From: Octopus bimaculoides
Taxonomy: Eukaryota
Assembly: GCF_001194135.2 (NCBI RefSeq)
Contig: NC_068984.1
Location: 4,393,055-4,440,464, forward strand
DNA length: 47,410 bases
Reading direction: 5' to 3'
The translations under genes were made by a program, and so were the position numbers. Positions 1-11,884 of the stretch are shown here, in pieces; within the stretch, counting starts at the first letter, position 1, and every line of letters begins with the position of its first letter. The notes under the pieces are model-generated. The model was not told where the DNA came from, made no database searches, and saw only the letters and a program-made list of their open reading frames with translations.

Positions 1-492
1 TTTCTTCCATATAAACCATCTCGATCTGCTCTCACCATCGTTGCTGTACTCGAAACACGTTCAAATATTACTTTTCAGAACCCTATTTCCCTACGTTTTA
101 TCTCCAATTACAAACGTCCAACAACTCCACACAAACAACATTAAGATTTTCAAACTCAAAGACTGGCGTTGTTATCGTCTGCCTCTGAACATTTCCAACT
201 CTCTCTCTCTCTAGACAGGAGAATCAGGACAACAAAATCATTAAACCTTGCCTACTCTTGCTACATGAATAGCTGAAACGGTTAGGGGTATCTCGTCTTT
301 CTTTCTCTTCCTTCATATCTTCTCCTTCACTTTCTCCTTTTTCTCCTTCCATTCTTTACCTCTGACTAAGCGACAATATTATACAGTTTTACTGCAGTTC
401 ACACGAATTGTGCAAGAGTCGTTTGAAAATTTTGCAAGTATAACAAGTATAACATTCCATGTACATATGTGTGTATATAAAGATGCAAACTT

Positions 493-760
<268 letters not shown>

Positions 761-1110
761 GTATAGATATATATGTTAAACTCCAAGTATGTTGGCGTGT
801 ATCTCTTCTCTCTTGTAATCTAGACAAAACGTTTGTCAGTAGGCATCATGCTATTTATTTAAATAGCCAGAATATAACATCTAATATTTTCTTATAATTT
901 ACCTTAAACTTTAGATAAACGTTTGCGTATTGTGGCTCAAGTTTTCGCTCCGAAAATATACTCGCAACATAATCTCTTTCTAATGGACTATTATCGATTC
1001 ATAATTCTATTTCCAATATAGGAAAATCCTACATGTCTTTTAGATTAGCTTTATGGGAAGTATTTTCAAATGTAAACAGCATTATAATACAATACAATAC
1101 ACATAAACAC

Positions 1111-2131
1111 ACACATACAGACATGCATTCAAATACAGATACATACATACATACATACATACATACATACATACATACCACGCGGGTAGATATAAAGAGA
1201 GAGAGGGGAGAGGGTAAAGAGTGGAGTGGAAGGGAGAGAGAGAGGGAGAGAGAGAGAGTGGTGTATATAAATATTTCTACATATAAATTTTGGTCCACCT
1301 CTAGATGCATCAAAAAGCCACCTGGCAGAAAAGGTGGTGCATGCGTACATTCGTACATACATACATATATACATATACTTACATATCCACACCCATACAA
1401 AGACACACACACACGCACATATATATATATACACACATACATACATACATACATACATACATAAATATATGTGAACACAAACGCGCACACATTTCTGTAT
1501 AGTCTTTTCTTATTTATGCAGTCATTAGATTTTGGTAAAACTGGACGGCACCTTCATGGGTTTTGCGTCGACCTAAGCGACCCCAGCTCTTATTTTAATC
1601 TGCTGCTTAATCCAGCGATAGGATAAATTGATACAACATCGCTTTTTTGCTAAAACCAGCGGTGATGTCTCAAATACATAAAAACACACACATTTCTGTG
1701 TATATACAAGCATTTTCATATATACATATGTGTGCGTGTGAGTGTGTGTGTGTGTGTAAGTGAGTGTGTGCGTATGCTGTTTAGACACTTTTTAAAAAAA
1801 ATTTTAATAGACAAAAAGTAGCAAAAGTTTTTAAATTTTGGAACAAAATTTAGAAAATGAAAATAAGAAATATAAATATTTATGGGATTAATTCCTTTCA
1901 TTATGCAGAGCGAAACTTTCACACACACACACACACATACATACATACATACATACATACATACACACATATATACATACATACATACATACATATACAC
2001 ACACACATATATATATATACATACACACATATATACATACATACATGCATACATACACACATACATACATACATATATACATATATACATACACACACAT
2101 ACATACATATATACATACACTCACACATACA
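1111..2131. repeat. (TACA)n, (CA)n, (TG)n and (GA)n microsatellite clusters
   Basis: Visible runs at about 1140-1177, 1200-1260, 1355-1460, 1725-1770 and 1919-2131. Confidence 0.9.
1520..1670 (-). mobile_element. Degenerate 3' half of a family-B SINE
   Basis: cagtcattaga...gcaccttc...gtcgac...gaccccag...cttttttgctaaacc loosely aligns with the minus-strand B copies at 36795-36990 and 39990-40180. Confidence 0.35.
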
Positions 2132-2770
2132 NNNNNNNNNNNNNNNNNNNNNNNNNNNNNNNNNNNNNNNNNNNNNNNNNNNNNNNNNNNNNNNNNNNNN
2201 NNNNNNNNNNNNNNNNNNNNNNNNNNNNNNNNNNNNNNNNNNNNNNNNNNNNNNNNNNNNNNNNNNNNNNNNNNNNNNNNNNNNNNNNNNNNNNNNNNNN
2301 NNNNNNNNNNNNNNNNNNNNNNNNNNNNNNNNNNNNNNNNNNNNNNNNNNNNNNNNATTTATATATACACATACATACATACATTCTTTCATGCACACAC
2401 ACACACACGTATATATATATATATATATATAGCTGCATCCGATATATATATATATAAAGGGAAAGCGAGAGAGAGAGAGAGCAGAAAGAGAGGGAGAGAG
2501 GAGAGACAGAGAGAGAAAGAGAGAGAAAAGCCACATGTGTAACAACAGAAGTGGAGGTGAATATCGTTAGAAACGGAGCAGTATACTTATTAAAAGACAC
2601 AGTCATGGAACACTTGCATTGAGTACTTTGAGTTCCGGTGCAGCGATTCAGTCCTCGCTGCTCTGCATCAGCATTTGCACATAGATGCAAAACAAGGTGG
2701 AAACAATAATATTCGAATATCAAAGACACAGTAAAAATACTTTTTTACCAAAGCCGAAAAGGACTTTACA

Positions 2771-2812
2771 AATTGTTGCTCAGAATTTCACGTGACCGTT
2801 CATCAGACAATT
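2771..2812 (-). ncRNA. Minimal type I hammerhead-ribozyme-like motif (Penelope-like-element type), cleavage triplet mutated
   Basis: Minus strand reads AATTGT CTGATGA ACG-GTCA-CGT GAAA T TCTGA G CA ACAATT. Stem I AATTGT/ACAATT pairs fully, the CUGAUGA and GAAA cores are intact, and stem II is ACG/CGT. The triplet is GCA rather than GUH. Confidence 0.7.
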
Positions 2813-3369
2813 GTGATGGTATAGAGTAATGGGATTTTATAAATTGTGAGTATATATAATTATATAATCATTTTTGGATATCATTTCAACGAATAAGCAT
2901 TTAAATCTGATTGGATAACTAATTTTAAAAAAAATAACGGTGTAAAATTAGCTGCAAGTGGGATCTGACCGTTGTAGAAATATAAATAATTGTTGGATAG
3001 AAAGACTTTGTGCAAAAAACGAGTGAATAAATATACAGAATAAAATAGAATATGTCAAGAAATGAAAATTGCTGAGGAATAAAAGGAATTTAATAGAAAT
3101 ATGCCAAAAGAAAATTGAAATTGAAGGTTAAACGCTGTAGTTGAGATTAAATATAAGTAAACAAATAGAAATTATAATAAAAAGAAAAGGAAAAGAAAGA
3201 AAAGAAGAAAGAGGGCGAAAAGAAGTAAAGAGAGAAAGAGAAAGGATAAAAAAACAAGCGGGAAATAAGAATAAAAATGACAAGGTAGAGGAAGGGGTGA
3301 AGAGACGGCTTAACGTTTACATGTCTGTTAATATGTTGTAATGAATGATGCGTCCAAAATAGCTTTTGG

Positions 3370-3591
3370 TAAAGACAGCGAGCAGCTAACAGAAACGTTA
3401 GCAGGCCGGGCGAAATGCTTAGCGGTATTTCTTCTGCCATTACGTTATCAGTTCAATTTGCGACGAAGTCAACTTTACCTTTCATTCTTTCGGGATCGGT
3501 AAATTAAGTACCAATTGCGTACTGGGGTCGATCTAATCGACTGGTCACCTCTCTAAAAATTTCGGGCCTTGTACCTAGAGTAGAAAACAAT
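3370..3591 (+). mobile_element. tRNA-derived SINE, family A, tail type A2
   Basis: Head cagaaacgttagc...gaaatgcttagcgg, central ctttacctttcattctttcgggatcggtaaattaagtacc block, tail ctggggtcgatctaatcgact...agagtagaaaac. 11-bp TSD atagcttttgg at 3359-3369 and 3592-3602. Confidence 0.9.
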
Positions 3592-3764
3592 ATAGCTTTT
3601 GGCAGAGTGGTGGTGGTGCTGGGACGGGGTCAAAAGTTGATGGTTTAATGATAAAGGGAGACGAAATTGCAGGCGAGAAAGAAAGAGAATAAGAAAGAAT
3701 TAGAAAGAATGAAAAGGAATGAAAATGAGAAGAATGAAAAACTCGAAAACTGTGACAGTAAAAA

Positions 3765-3820
<56 letters not shown>

Positions 3821-3841
3821 TTATATATATATATGTATGTG

Positions 3842-3910
<69 letters not shown>

Positions 3911-4304
3911 ATGTATGTATGTATATATACGTAACATATGGTATAATTATAAACAGGGCAAATTTTAGCCATTTCTCCGCAGACTGAAAGAAATGAACAA
4001 CCTTAATCGATTTTCGAATGGGTACGTGTAAACGTATGTACCTACATACAAGTATAACTATGTAGAACAATTGATTATATAATGATTTAAAAATTATAAA
4101 TTAATTATTCTATAACGGAAAAGAGATGGGTTATCGTTGTCCAGACGACGACATGGTCTGGTTGATTCAGTTAAATGGTTTTACACACTAACTAAAAAAT
4201 ACAAAATAAAAAAATAGCTATATGATATAAAGGTGGTTAGAAAGGTAAAAATAAGGAATAAATAATGTGAAAATAATATTAAGTAACACAAGTTAATTAT
4301 GTAA

Positions 4305-4630
4305 GCGCTCTCCCAGTTTCCAGACTCCTCTTTGTAGCATGTAACTCGTCATTCCCTGATCAACTTTATCAAACGTTTTTTTGCGAAATCAAGATATATT
4401 ACCTTCACGTTTGAGCAATTCCTTAGTTGTATCAACACCGGGTCATAATGTGTAAGGCAGCTTCTTCCTGGGCAGAAACCATGCTGGTTGTCATGGAACA
4501 AGCCATTATCTTCAAGGAACGGGATCAGCTTCCTCCTGATAATTCGTTCGGTGACTGACACGGGAAGTTAGAGAGACAGGCATATAGTTCTTAACATCTG
4601 CCCTGCTTCCTCCTTTATAGAGAGGACATA
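4305..4630 (-). mobile_element. CR1-like LINE reverse-transcriptase remnant (downstream part, split by the mariner)
   Basis: Translates CPLYKGGSRADVKNYMPVSLTS...ERII...NQHGFCPGRSCLT...VIYLDFAK..DKVD, which are RT domain 0-2 motifs typical of CR1/L2-clade LINEs. Confidence 0.85.
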
Positions 4631-5909
4631 TCAGGTTGTAACGAAAGTTCTGTCCGTTTTTTAAGGCTCAGTAAAAGAATAAAAGAAACAATATCTAATT
4701 TATTTAATTGTTCATATAGTCACCATTCTTTTCTATGACCTCTGTCCCTCTGTCAATTTGCTTTTTAATGCCAAGTTCATAAAATTCCTTAAGTTTACAA
4801 GTGAGAAAGTAAATTACATTCATTTTCAACTTCTGCTCTTGAATCAAGTCTTAATCCACTCAAATGATTTTGTAAACTTGTAAAGAAATGGTAATCTGTA
4901 GGTGCGCGGTCCGGTGAATATGGTGGGCGATGCATAATTTCCCAGGCATATTTTTCTAGGAGATCTTTTGGTCTTTTGTACAACGTGAAATTTAATGTTA
5001 TCATGATGGAGGCTAACTCCGTCTCTGTTTGCTAATGATGGACTTTTATGCTGCAAAGCTGCATTCAAACGTGTTAGCTGTTGGCAGTACACATTGGCTG
5101 TCATTGTTTTATTATCGTGTAGCAGCTCGTGATGAATTATTCCATGCATATCCCACATTCAGAAGAACTTTTCTCGGATGCAGACCACTCCCTGGCTGCT
5201 GGGCTAGCTCTTCACTACGATTGAGTCACTGACATTTTCGTCTAACATTATGGTTAAAGTATCCTCCGTTTTTCATCTCCAGTAACGACTCGTTCCAAAA
5301 AAAGGCATTTGCAACTCACGAGATCGGTATGATGCACAGCAGTCAACACGTTGTTTGCGATTGTCTGCAGAGAAACCATGTGGGCCCCGTTTCCAAACTT
5401 TTGACACCATACCAAGCTTTTTCACTTCACGGAGAATGGTGGTACGGTTCACGATGAAGCCCGTCTTTAGTTCCCGAACTGTAACAGTCGGGTTTGCTTC
5501 AACAATGGCTGCCAATGCATCAGGATCCAACCCATTTGGGCGCCCTTTTCTTGATTCGTCATGCAGGCTGTAGCCCCAGTTTCTGAACCGTGAAAACCAT
5601 CTTCTGCATGTTCTTTCAGTCACTAAGCCACCGCCATAAGAGTTTTGGAAGGATTTTGCTGCTCCGCTTGCACTATTCTCTTTTTGAAATTCATAAAGAA
5701 TAATAATACGGATATATTCTTTGCGTAGAGTTAACATGGAGGCCAATACAGCGACTTCTGGTATGACAAAATTGACAAAATCTGAAAGAAAATGAAAGAA
5801 CATGATATATTAATGATTTCACCGCATTTCAAATAGTTTTAAGAAGTTAAACACTTTTAAATCTAACCAGATATTTTTAAAAATTGATAGAACTTTCGTT
5901 ACAACCTGA
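4631..5909 (-). mobile_element. Near full-length mariner DNA transposon (1279 bp)
   Basis: 21-bp TIRs TCAGGTTGTAACGAAAGTTCT (4631-4651) and AGAACTTTCGTTACAACCTGA (5889-5909), with TA on both sides (4629-4630, 5910-5911) and an internal transposase remnant. Confidence 0.95.
4704..5737 (-). pseudogene. Mariner transposase, disrupted by frameshifts and stops
   Basis: HTH region (IILYEFQK...TCRRWFSRFR...RKGRP), HELL/YCQQL, LHHDN and HRPPYSPDRAPTDYHFF (mariner YSPDLAPxD motif), C-terminal NGDY. Pieces lie in ORFs 5273-5803, 4844-5158 and 4795-5004. Confidence 0.92.
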
Positions 5910-6130
5910 TATCATATTTCCTTTAGCTTTCTGCGCAGTCTACCACTTTCAAGGATGCTTTGGATAAGGAACTGCAATGATCTAGCTAGGGTCCCTTTGC
6001 ATTGGGGGGAGGGGTTGCTGGGAATCTGCCAAGGCCAGTGGCAGAGTTTAAGCTCATTGTATCAATGGTTGATATTACATCAGTTACCTTTATTTCGATT
6101 TTTATCCTCTTTTTTGAGTATACTATCATC
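5910..6130 (-). mobile_element. CR1-like LINE RT remnant (upstream part)
   Basis: Translates IEIKVTDVISTIDTMSLNSATG..RFPA...CKGTLARSLQFLIQSILESGRL.RKLKE. It joins 4305-4630 across the TA once the mariner is removed. Confidence 0.8.
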
Positions 6131-7116
6131 CNNNNNNNNNNNNNNNNNNNNNNNNNNNNNNNNNNNNNNNNNNNNNNNNNNNNNNNNNNNNNNNNNNNNN
6201 NNNNNNNNNNNNNNNNNNNNNNNNNNNNNNNNNNNNNNNNNNNNNNNNNNNNNNNNNNNNNNNNNNNNNNNNNNNNNNNNNNNNNNNNNNNNNNNNNNNN
6301 NNNNNNNNNNNNNNNNNNCTATAGTTCAGTGAAAACCAAAGTTCCTCGGAACTCCGTAATCAGGTTGATTGGTGGTGACTCTTTCTTGTTTTCATTTTCT
6401 CAAACTGCCAGTTTCTTTGGGTTTTGAAGGCAATGCTGTCTTTGGTGTCGGTGGCTTTGCTGACGTCTATGTTGCTGAGATTGGGAAGAAGAGAGGACAG
6501 GAAGAAGTAGAGAGAGAGTGAGAAAGAGAGAGAGAGAGAGGGGGGAGAAGTCGAGGTAGTCAGAAGAAACAGAGAAAATGGGGAGAATGAGATCGATATA
6601 AATGGAGATGAAGAGACAGAAAGGGGTAAACTTAGAGAAACGATAAACGCAGAGAGTGAGAGGAGGAGAGAGATCGATGCAAATTGAGAGAGAGAGAGAG
6701 AGAGAACGTAGAGATAAGAGAAACGCAGAGAGTGGGAGGAACAGAGAGATAAATTGATATAAATAGTGATGAAGATACTTTAGGCAGAGACAGCTCAAAG
6801 ACAGCAATAAAAACTCTTTTTGACATTAGACAGGTGTTAATAAAAATTATCAGTAAGTGTCGAAGAAAGTCAGAAATGATAAAAGAGAACCAACCTCTGT
6901 TCCTCTAACCTTGAACAGACAGAATAAGACGAGGTAAAATTCTTCAAGCTTCGTCTTGTACCTAAATCCAACGAACTAATCCAGGTAATCCGTTATTGAA
7001 AAGTGTAAACAGACCTTACTTTCCAAAATTAGTTGTATTTGATAGTTTCAACATTGTACAAAATTGCATATAAATGTTGTTCTCCTTCGAGTTCATTAGC
7101 AAGAGAGTATTTTCTG

Positions 7117-7352
7117 GAAGGCGGCGAGCAGCTGGCAGAAACGTTAGCACACTGGGCGAAATGTTTAGCAGTATTTCGTCTGCCGTTACCTTCTGAGTTC
7201 GAATTCCGCCGAGGTCGACTTTGCCTTTTATCTTTTCGGGGTCGATAATTAAGTACCAGTCACGCACTGGGGTCGATGTAATCGACTTAATCCGTTTGTC
7301 TGTCCTTGTTTGTCCCCTCTATGTTTAGTCCCTTGTGGGCAATAAAGAAATA
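7117..7352 (+). mobile_element. SINE family A, tail A1
   Basis: Head, B-box-like gagttcgaattcc, central ggtcgactttgcc block, tail ...cccttgtgggcaataaagaaata. Confidence 0.92.
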
Positions 7353-7525
7353 AGAAACGTTAGCAGGTCGGACGAAATGCTTAGCGGTCTTTCGTCGTTC
7401 TGAGTTCAAATTCCACTGAGATCGACTTTGCCTTTCATATCTTCGAGTTACGTACTGGGGTCGATCTCATCGACTGACCCCCTCTCCAAAACTTTCAGGC
7501 CTTCTACCTAGAGTAGAAAAGAATA
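7353..7525 (+). mobile_element. SINE family A, tail A2, head-truncated and internally deleted
   Basis: Starts at agaaacgttagc and ends with agagtagaaaagaata. Confidence 0.85.
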
Positions 7526-7529
7526 TTTA

Positions 7530-7665
7530 CAGTTCTGTATTTAAGAGATGAGGAATTATGTACGTTATTTACATTTGACGGAGGGTATATCAGCCGAAAC
7601 GTTGTGTTAACAACAAACAAGATGAGGACAAACATCCGTCAATTGTAAATAATATAAATAATGTC
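7530..7665. repeat. Short foldback insert carrying a hammerhead 3' half (PLE-terminus-like)
   Basis: Inverted arms at 7555-7582 and 7635-7662 (28 nt, 4 mismatches), internal cagccGAAACgtt, 12-bp direct repeat aaagaatattta at 7518-7529 and 7666-7677. Confidence 0.6.
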
Positions 7666-7685
7666 AAAGAATATTTATTCAAAAC

Positions 7686-7896
7686 AAGGCAGTGAGCTGG
7701 CACAAACGTTAGCACGCCGGGCGAAATGCTTAGCGGTATTTCATCTGTCTTTACGTTCTGAGTTCAAATTCCGCCGAGGTCGACTTTGCCTTTCATACTT
7801 TCGAGGTTGATAAATTAAGTACCAGTTGCGTACTGGGGTCGATCTAATCGACTGACCCCCTCCCCACAAATTTCGAGCCTTGTGCCTAGAATAGAA
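7686..7896 (+). mobile_element. SINE family A, tail A2
   Basis: Full head aaggcagtgagctggcacaaacgttagc, central block and A2 tail. Confidence 0.92.
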
Positions 7897-9522
7897 AAGA
7901 GAGTATTTTCTGAGAGAAAATACATACACACATACGACTGTATATGTACACATACATATGCAGGTAGAAAATGGATGAATTTACATCGGTTTCGACCATG
8001 AGACTTCATTTATTTCAGATGTGAGCGGTTGAGTATTCCATAGAAATGCGCTCACTTAAAGTAATTCTGAGGAAGAATCAGCGTGGCATGGTGTGTGACA
8101 CGAAATGTGACAGTGGCACGATGCGTGGTGATCTTTTGAATTACGGACGGGTTTGTATTTCTCACGTTTTACAGCCATTGAAGAGAATTTAGACTGACCG
8201 AACACCATCCCTATATTCTTTGAGAATTTTGTAGACAACAATAAACTTTTCTTCATACCATGCATATTCTTTGCAGACATTTTCAGATAAAGAAGCAACG
8301 CGTTGGATTGGTGCTTCTGTCTTCTTGACAGGCAACCCCATATCAATCTGATTTCTTTATCAGAAAGCAGAGGGAATCACTAAATGTATAAATGACATCA
8401 CACAGGCGCGGTCCCAGGAGATTTTCGAAGGGAAGGCACAAGGTCAGAAGGGGAAACAATTCCAGGAGAAAATGGCGTAATAACATTATTTAGAAGGGTG
8501 CACTTCTTTTCTTTCCCCCTCTCCCTTCAACAGAGAGACTATCCCCTTGGAGCACTTCCTGTAATCTGAATGGTGGCCCAGGGCGAAGTCAGGTTGCCTC
8601 TGGCCTTGATTATTGTATCTAGAACTTTAGAAAGTTGATGGGCTTCCAGCATCCACAACTGTAATCCAATCAGACTACGTTCCTGTTATGTCGCCACACA
8701 TAGAGTTGTAGCTTAAATCATTCCATTATTTTGATTAGCCATCTGTTGACCATTTTCATAGTTTAACATTCTGTAATCGGGATTCGCTAGAACTGTCTCG
8801 TCTCGTGAAATAATGGGAAGAGGGACTCGCCGCTGAGATGGGTTGCACAACGGAATAGCAAACAAGTCCTTCTGCTTACCAGTTACAAGCGAGGGAACAA
8901 AAAATATCAACAGAGATTTGCAAAATAAATAAATAGATAAAAATAAAAATGATAAAATAAATTTCATATGGGGTGGGAGGAATGACGGAGTGGTGGGGGA
9001 GCGAACAGTTAAAGCAAACGAGGTGAAAAGGAGGCAAAAAAGATAACTTTATAGAAACAGATGAGCATGAAATGGGGGGAAACGAATTTTTGGAAAATCT
9101 GATTGGTCGGAAGTGAGGAGGGGGCGGGGATAAAAGCAANNNNNNNNNNNNNNNNNNNNNNNNNNNNNNNNNNNNNNNNNNNNNNNNNNNNNNNNNNNNN
9201 NNNNNNNNNNNNNNNNNNNNNNNNNNNNNNNNNNNNNNNNNNNNNNNNNNNNNNNNNNNNNNNNNNNNNNNNNNNNNNNNNNNNNNNNNNNNNNNNNNNN
9301 NNNNNNNNNNNNNNNNNNNNNNNNNNNNNNNNNNNNNNNNNNNNNNNNNNNNNNNNNNNNNNNNNNNNNNNNNNNNNNNNNNNNNNNNNNNNNNNNNNNN
9401 NNNNNNNNNNNNNNNNNNNNNNNNNNNNNNNNNNNNNNNNNNNNNNNNNNNNNNNNNNTACATGCTTTCGTTTCTCTTTCACCTCACCGTGAACTTTATT
9501 CACACTCGCTGACCTTATACGT

Positions 9523-9564
<42 letters not shown>

Positions 9565-9639
9565 CACGCAGTCACTGTCCTTTTTTTTTTGTTTTTCTAT
9601 TGTCCTGCTGATGCACACACCCCGACACACACATACATC

Positions 9640-10500
9640 TTGTTACAAATGCTGTGCGTGGTTCCCCTGAATGAAGAGAATATGGTTGTTTTAGCATAGT
9701 CCTTTCTCCAAAATGCATCAGTTCAAATTTTCTCTCGTTTAGTCGCATTTTGGTTTTGTCTGCCCATTGACTTACAGCGTGTAGATCAGACTGGAGTTCA
9801 GTTCGGTCTTCTTCTCCGTTGATAATTTTCTGGAGCTTAGAAGTCATCGGCGAATATTTTCACTTTGCTGTGTTTGATGACGCTTGAAATGTCGTTTATA
9901 TAGGCTATGAACAGAAGTGGGTCCAAGACAGTCTCCTGAGGGGCACCACTGGTGATTTTTGCTGGGCTTGAATGGATTCCACCGGTCACAACATGTTGTG
10001 TTCTGTTCTCTAAGGAATACTCACTCCAGTGTAGTAGTTTTCCACGGATTCCAATATTTGAACATTTTTATAGTAGGATATTGTGGTCGACTCTGTTGAA
10101 CACTTTGCTGAAATCAAGTTATATAACATCGTCAGAGTTCGAACCTGATCCCAAGGCTTTCAAGGCATCATCGATGTGATGTAAGAGGTGTGATAGACAG
10201 TCCCTGCCGCAGCGAAAGCCGTGCTGGTTGGAATTTAGAAGATCGTAGCTCTCCAGGAAACCAGCTATCCTTGATCTCACCACCCTTTCAAATACTTTAA
10301 TAATATGGGAGGTGTGTACGATTGGGCGATAGTTGACTGCCAAAGATTCATTTCGTTGTTCGAAGACCGAGATGACAGGCTAGGATAAGAACTGTTTCCT
10401 CAGTCTAAAGAATTTCTCCAGAGTTTGGTTAGAGAGACTGCAAGTTGATGTCTACGTTCCTTCAGGACACTAACGAGGAATCTATCAGGGCCTACAGCAG
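9640..10500 (-). mobile_element. CR1-like LINE RT fragment (degraded)
   Basis: VNYRPIVHTSHIIKVFER, NSNQHGFRCGRDCL, YLDFSKVF.RVDH, SGAPQETVLDPLLF..YINDI, KIFADD and LQSDLHAVSQW motifs in order. Confidence 0.92.
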
Positions 10501-11095
10501 AATAGGACTTGATCTATGAATGTATATATATATATATATNNNNNNNNNNNNNNNNNNNNNNNNNNNNNNNNNNNNNNNNNNNNNNNNNNNNNNNNNNNNN
10601 NNNNNNNNNNNNNNNNNNNNNNNNNNNNNNNNNNNNNNNNNNNNNNNNNNNNNNNNNNNNNNNNNNNNNNNNNNNNNNNNNNNNNNNNNNNNNNNNNNNN
10701 NNNNNNNNNNNNNNNNNNNNNNNNNNNNNNNNNNNNNNNNNNNNNNNNNNNNNNNNNNNNNNNNNNNNNNNNNNNNNNNNNNNNNNNNNNNNNNNNNNNN
10801 NNNNNNNNNNNNNNNNNNNNNNNNNNNNNNNNNNNNNNNNNNNNNNNNNNNNNNNNNNNNNNNNNNNNNNNNNNNNNNNNNNNNNNNNNNNNNNNNNNNN
10901 NNNNNNNNNNNNNNNNNNNNNNNNNNNNNNNNNNNNNNNNNNNNNNNNNNNNNNNNNNNNNNNNNNNNNNNNNNNNNNNNNNNNNNNNNNNNNNNNNNNN
11001 NNNNNNNNNNNNNNNNNNNNNNNNNNNNNNNNNNNNNNNNNNNAAGATATAACTTTATTTACCAGTTTTTTAAATGTATATATAAATATACATAC

Positions 11096-11131
<36 letters not shown>

Positions 11132-11413
11132 GCATATATACATACGAAGTTTTGAACTCATTATCTTGTAGTTAGTAATCCATTACCTTAAATTTGAAGC
11201 CATTAAGTCTTTAAACATTATTTTACTGGCTTTCATCTTTCGACTGTCACCATGATGGAGTATCAACTTCAAAAATTTAATTGATCGTACTGACCTCAGT
11301 ACATATTTCAATCTGACATTTATTTTATAGATCTCTGCTTGATGAACTGCTAACTTTGAGACATAGTGGGACACAATACTCGATTTAACAATAAACGTAA
11401 ACACACACATATT

Positions 11414-11575
11414 AGGTGCAAGAATGACTGTGTGGTTGAGAAGTTTTCTTCCCAACCACATGGTTCAACGTTCAGTCCCTCTGCGTGGTACCTTGGGCAA
11501 GTGTTTTCTACTATAGCTCTTGGCCAACCACAGACTTGTGTCTGAATTTGGTAGACGGAAATTGCAGAGTCGTTC
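11414..11575 (+). mobile_element. SINE family B, 5' head only
   Basis: tgactgtgtggttgagaag...cacatggttc...gtggtaccttgggcaagtgttttctactatagc...tttggtagacggaaa matches the 31017 copy. Confidence 0.85.
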
Positions 11576-11667
11576 ATCAGAAAATGACAGAAAAACATGT
11601 TTATAAAGAAGAATTGTTTGCTTCATACTTCTCGTGTACCGATTCTGCTCATAAAGGAACAAATAAT

Positions 11668-11884
11668 CCTTTCTACTGTAGGTATAAGGCCTGAAATGTG
11701 GGGGAGGGGACAAGTCGATTACCTCGACCCCAGTGTTTTACTGGTATTTAATTTATCGACTCCGAAAGGATGAAAGGCAAAGTCGACCTCGGCCGAATTT
11801 GAACTTAGAACGTAACGGCAGACGAAATACCGCTAAGCATTTCGCCCGGCGTGCTAACGATTCTGCCAACTCACCACCTTCCAG
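11668..11884 (-). mobile_element. SINE family A, tail A2
   Basis: Reverse complement of the A consensus; 15-bp TSD aaaggaacaaataat at 11653-11667 and 11885-11899. Confidence 0.93.

Noticed and set aside
1-270. Possible decayed CR1/L2 3' end (NSLSLDRRIRTTKSLN)
   Set aside because: Too degraded to support from sequence alone.
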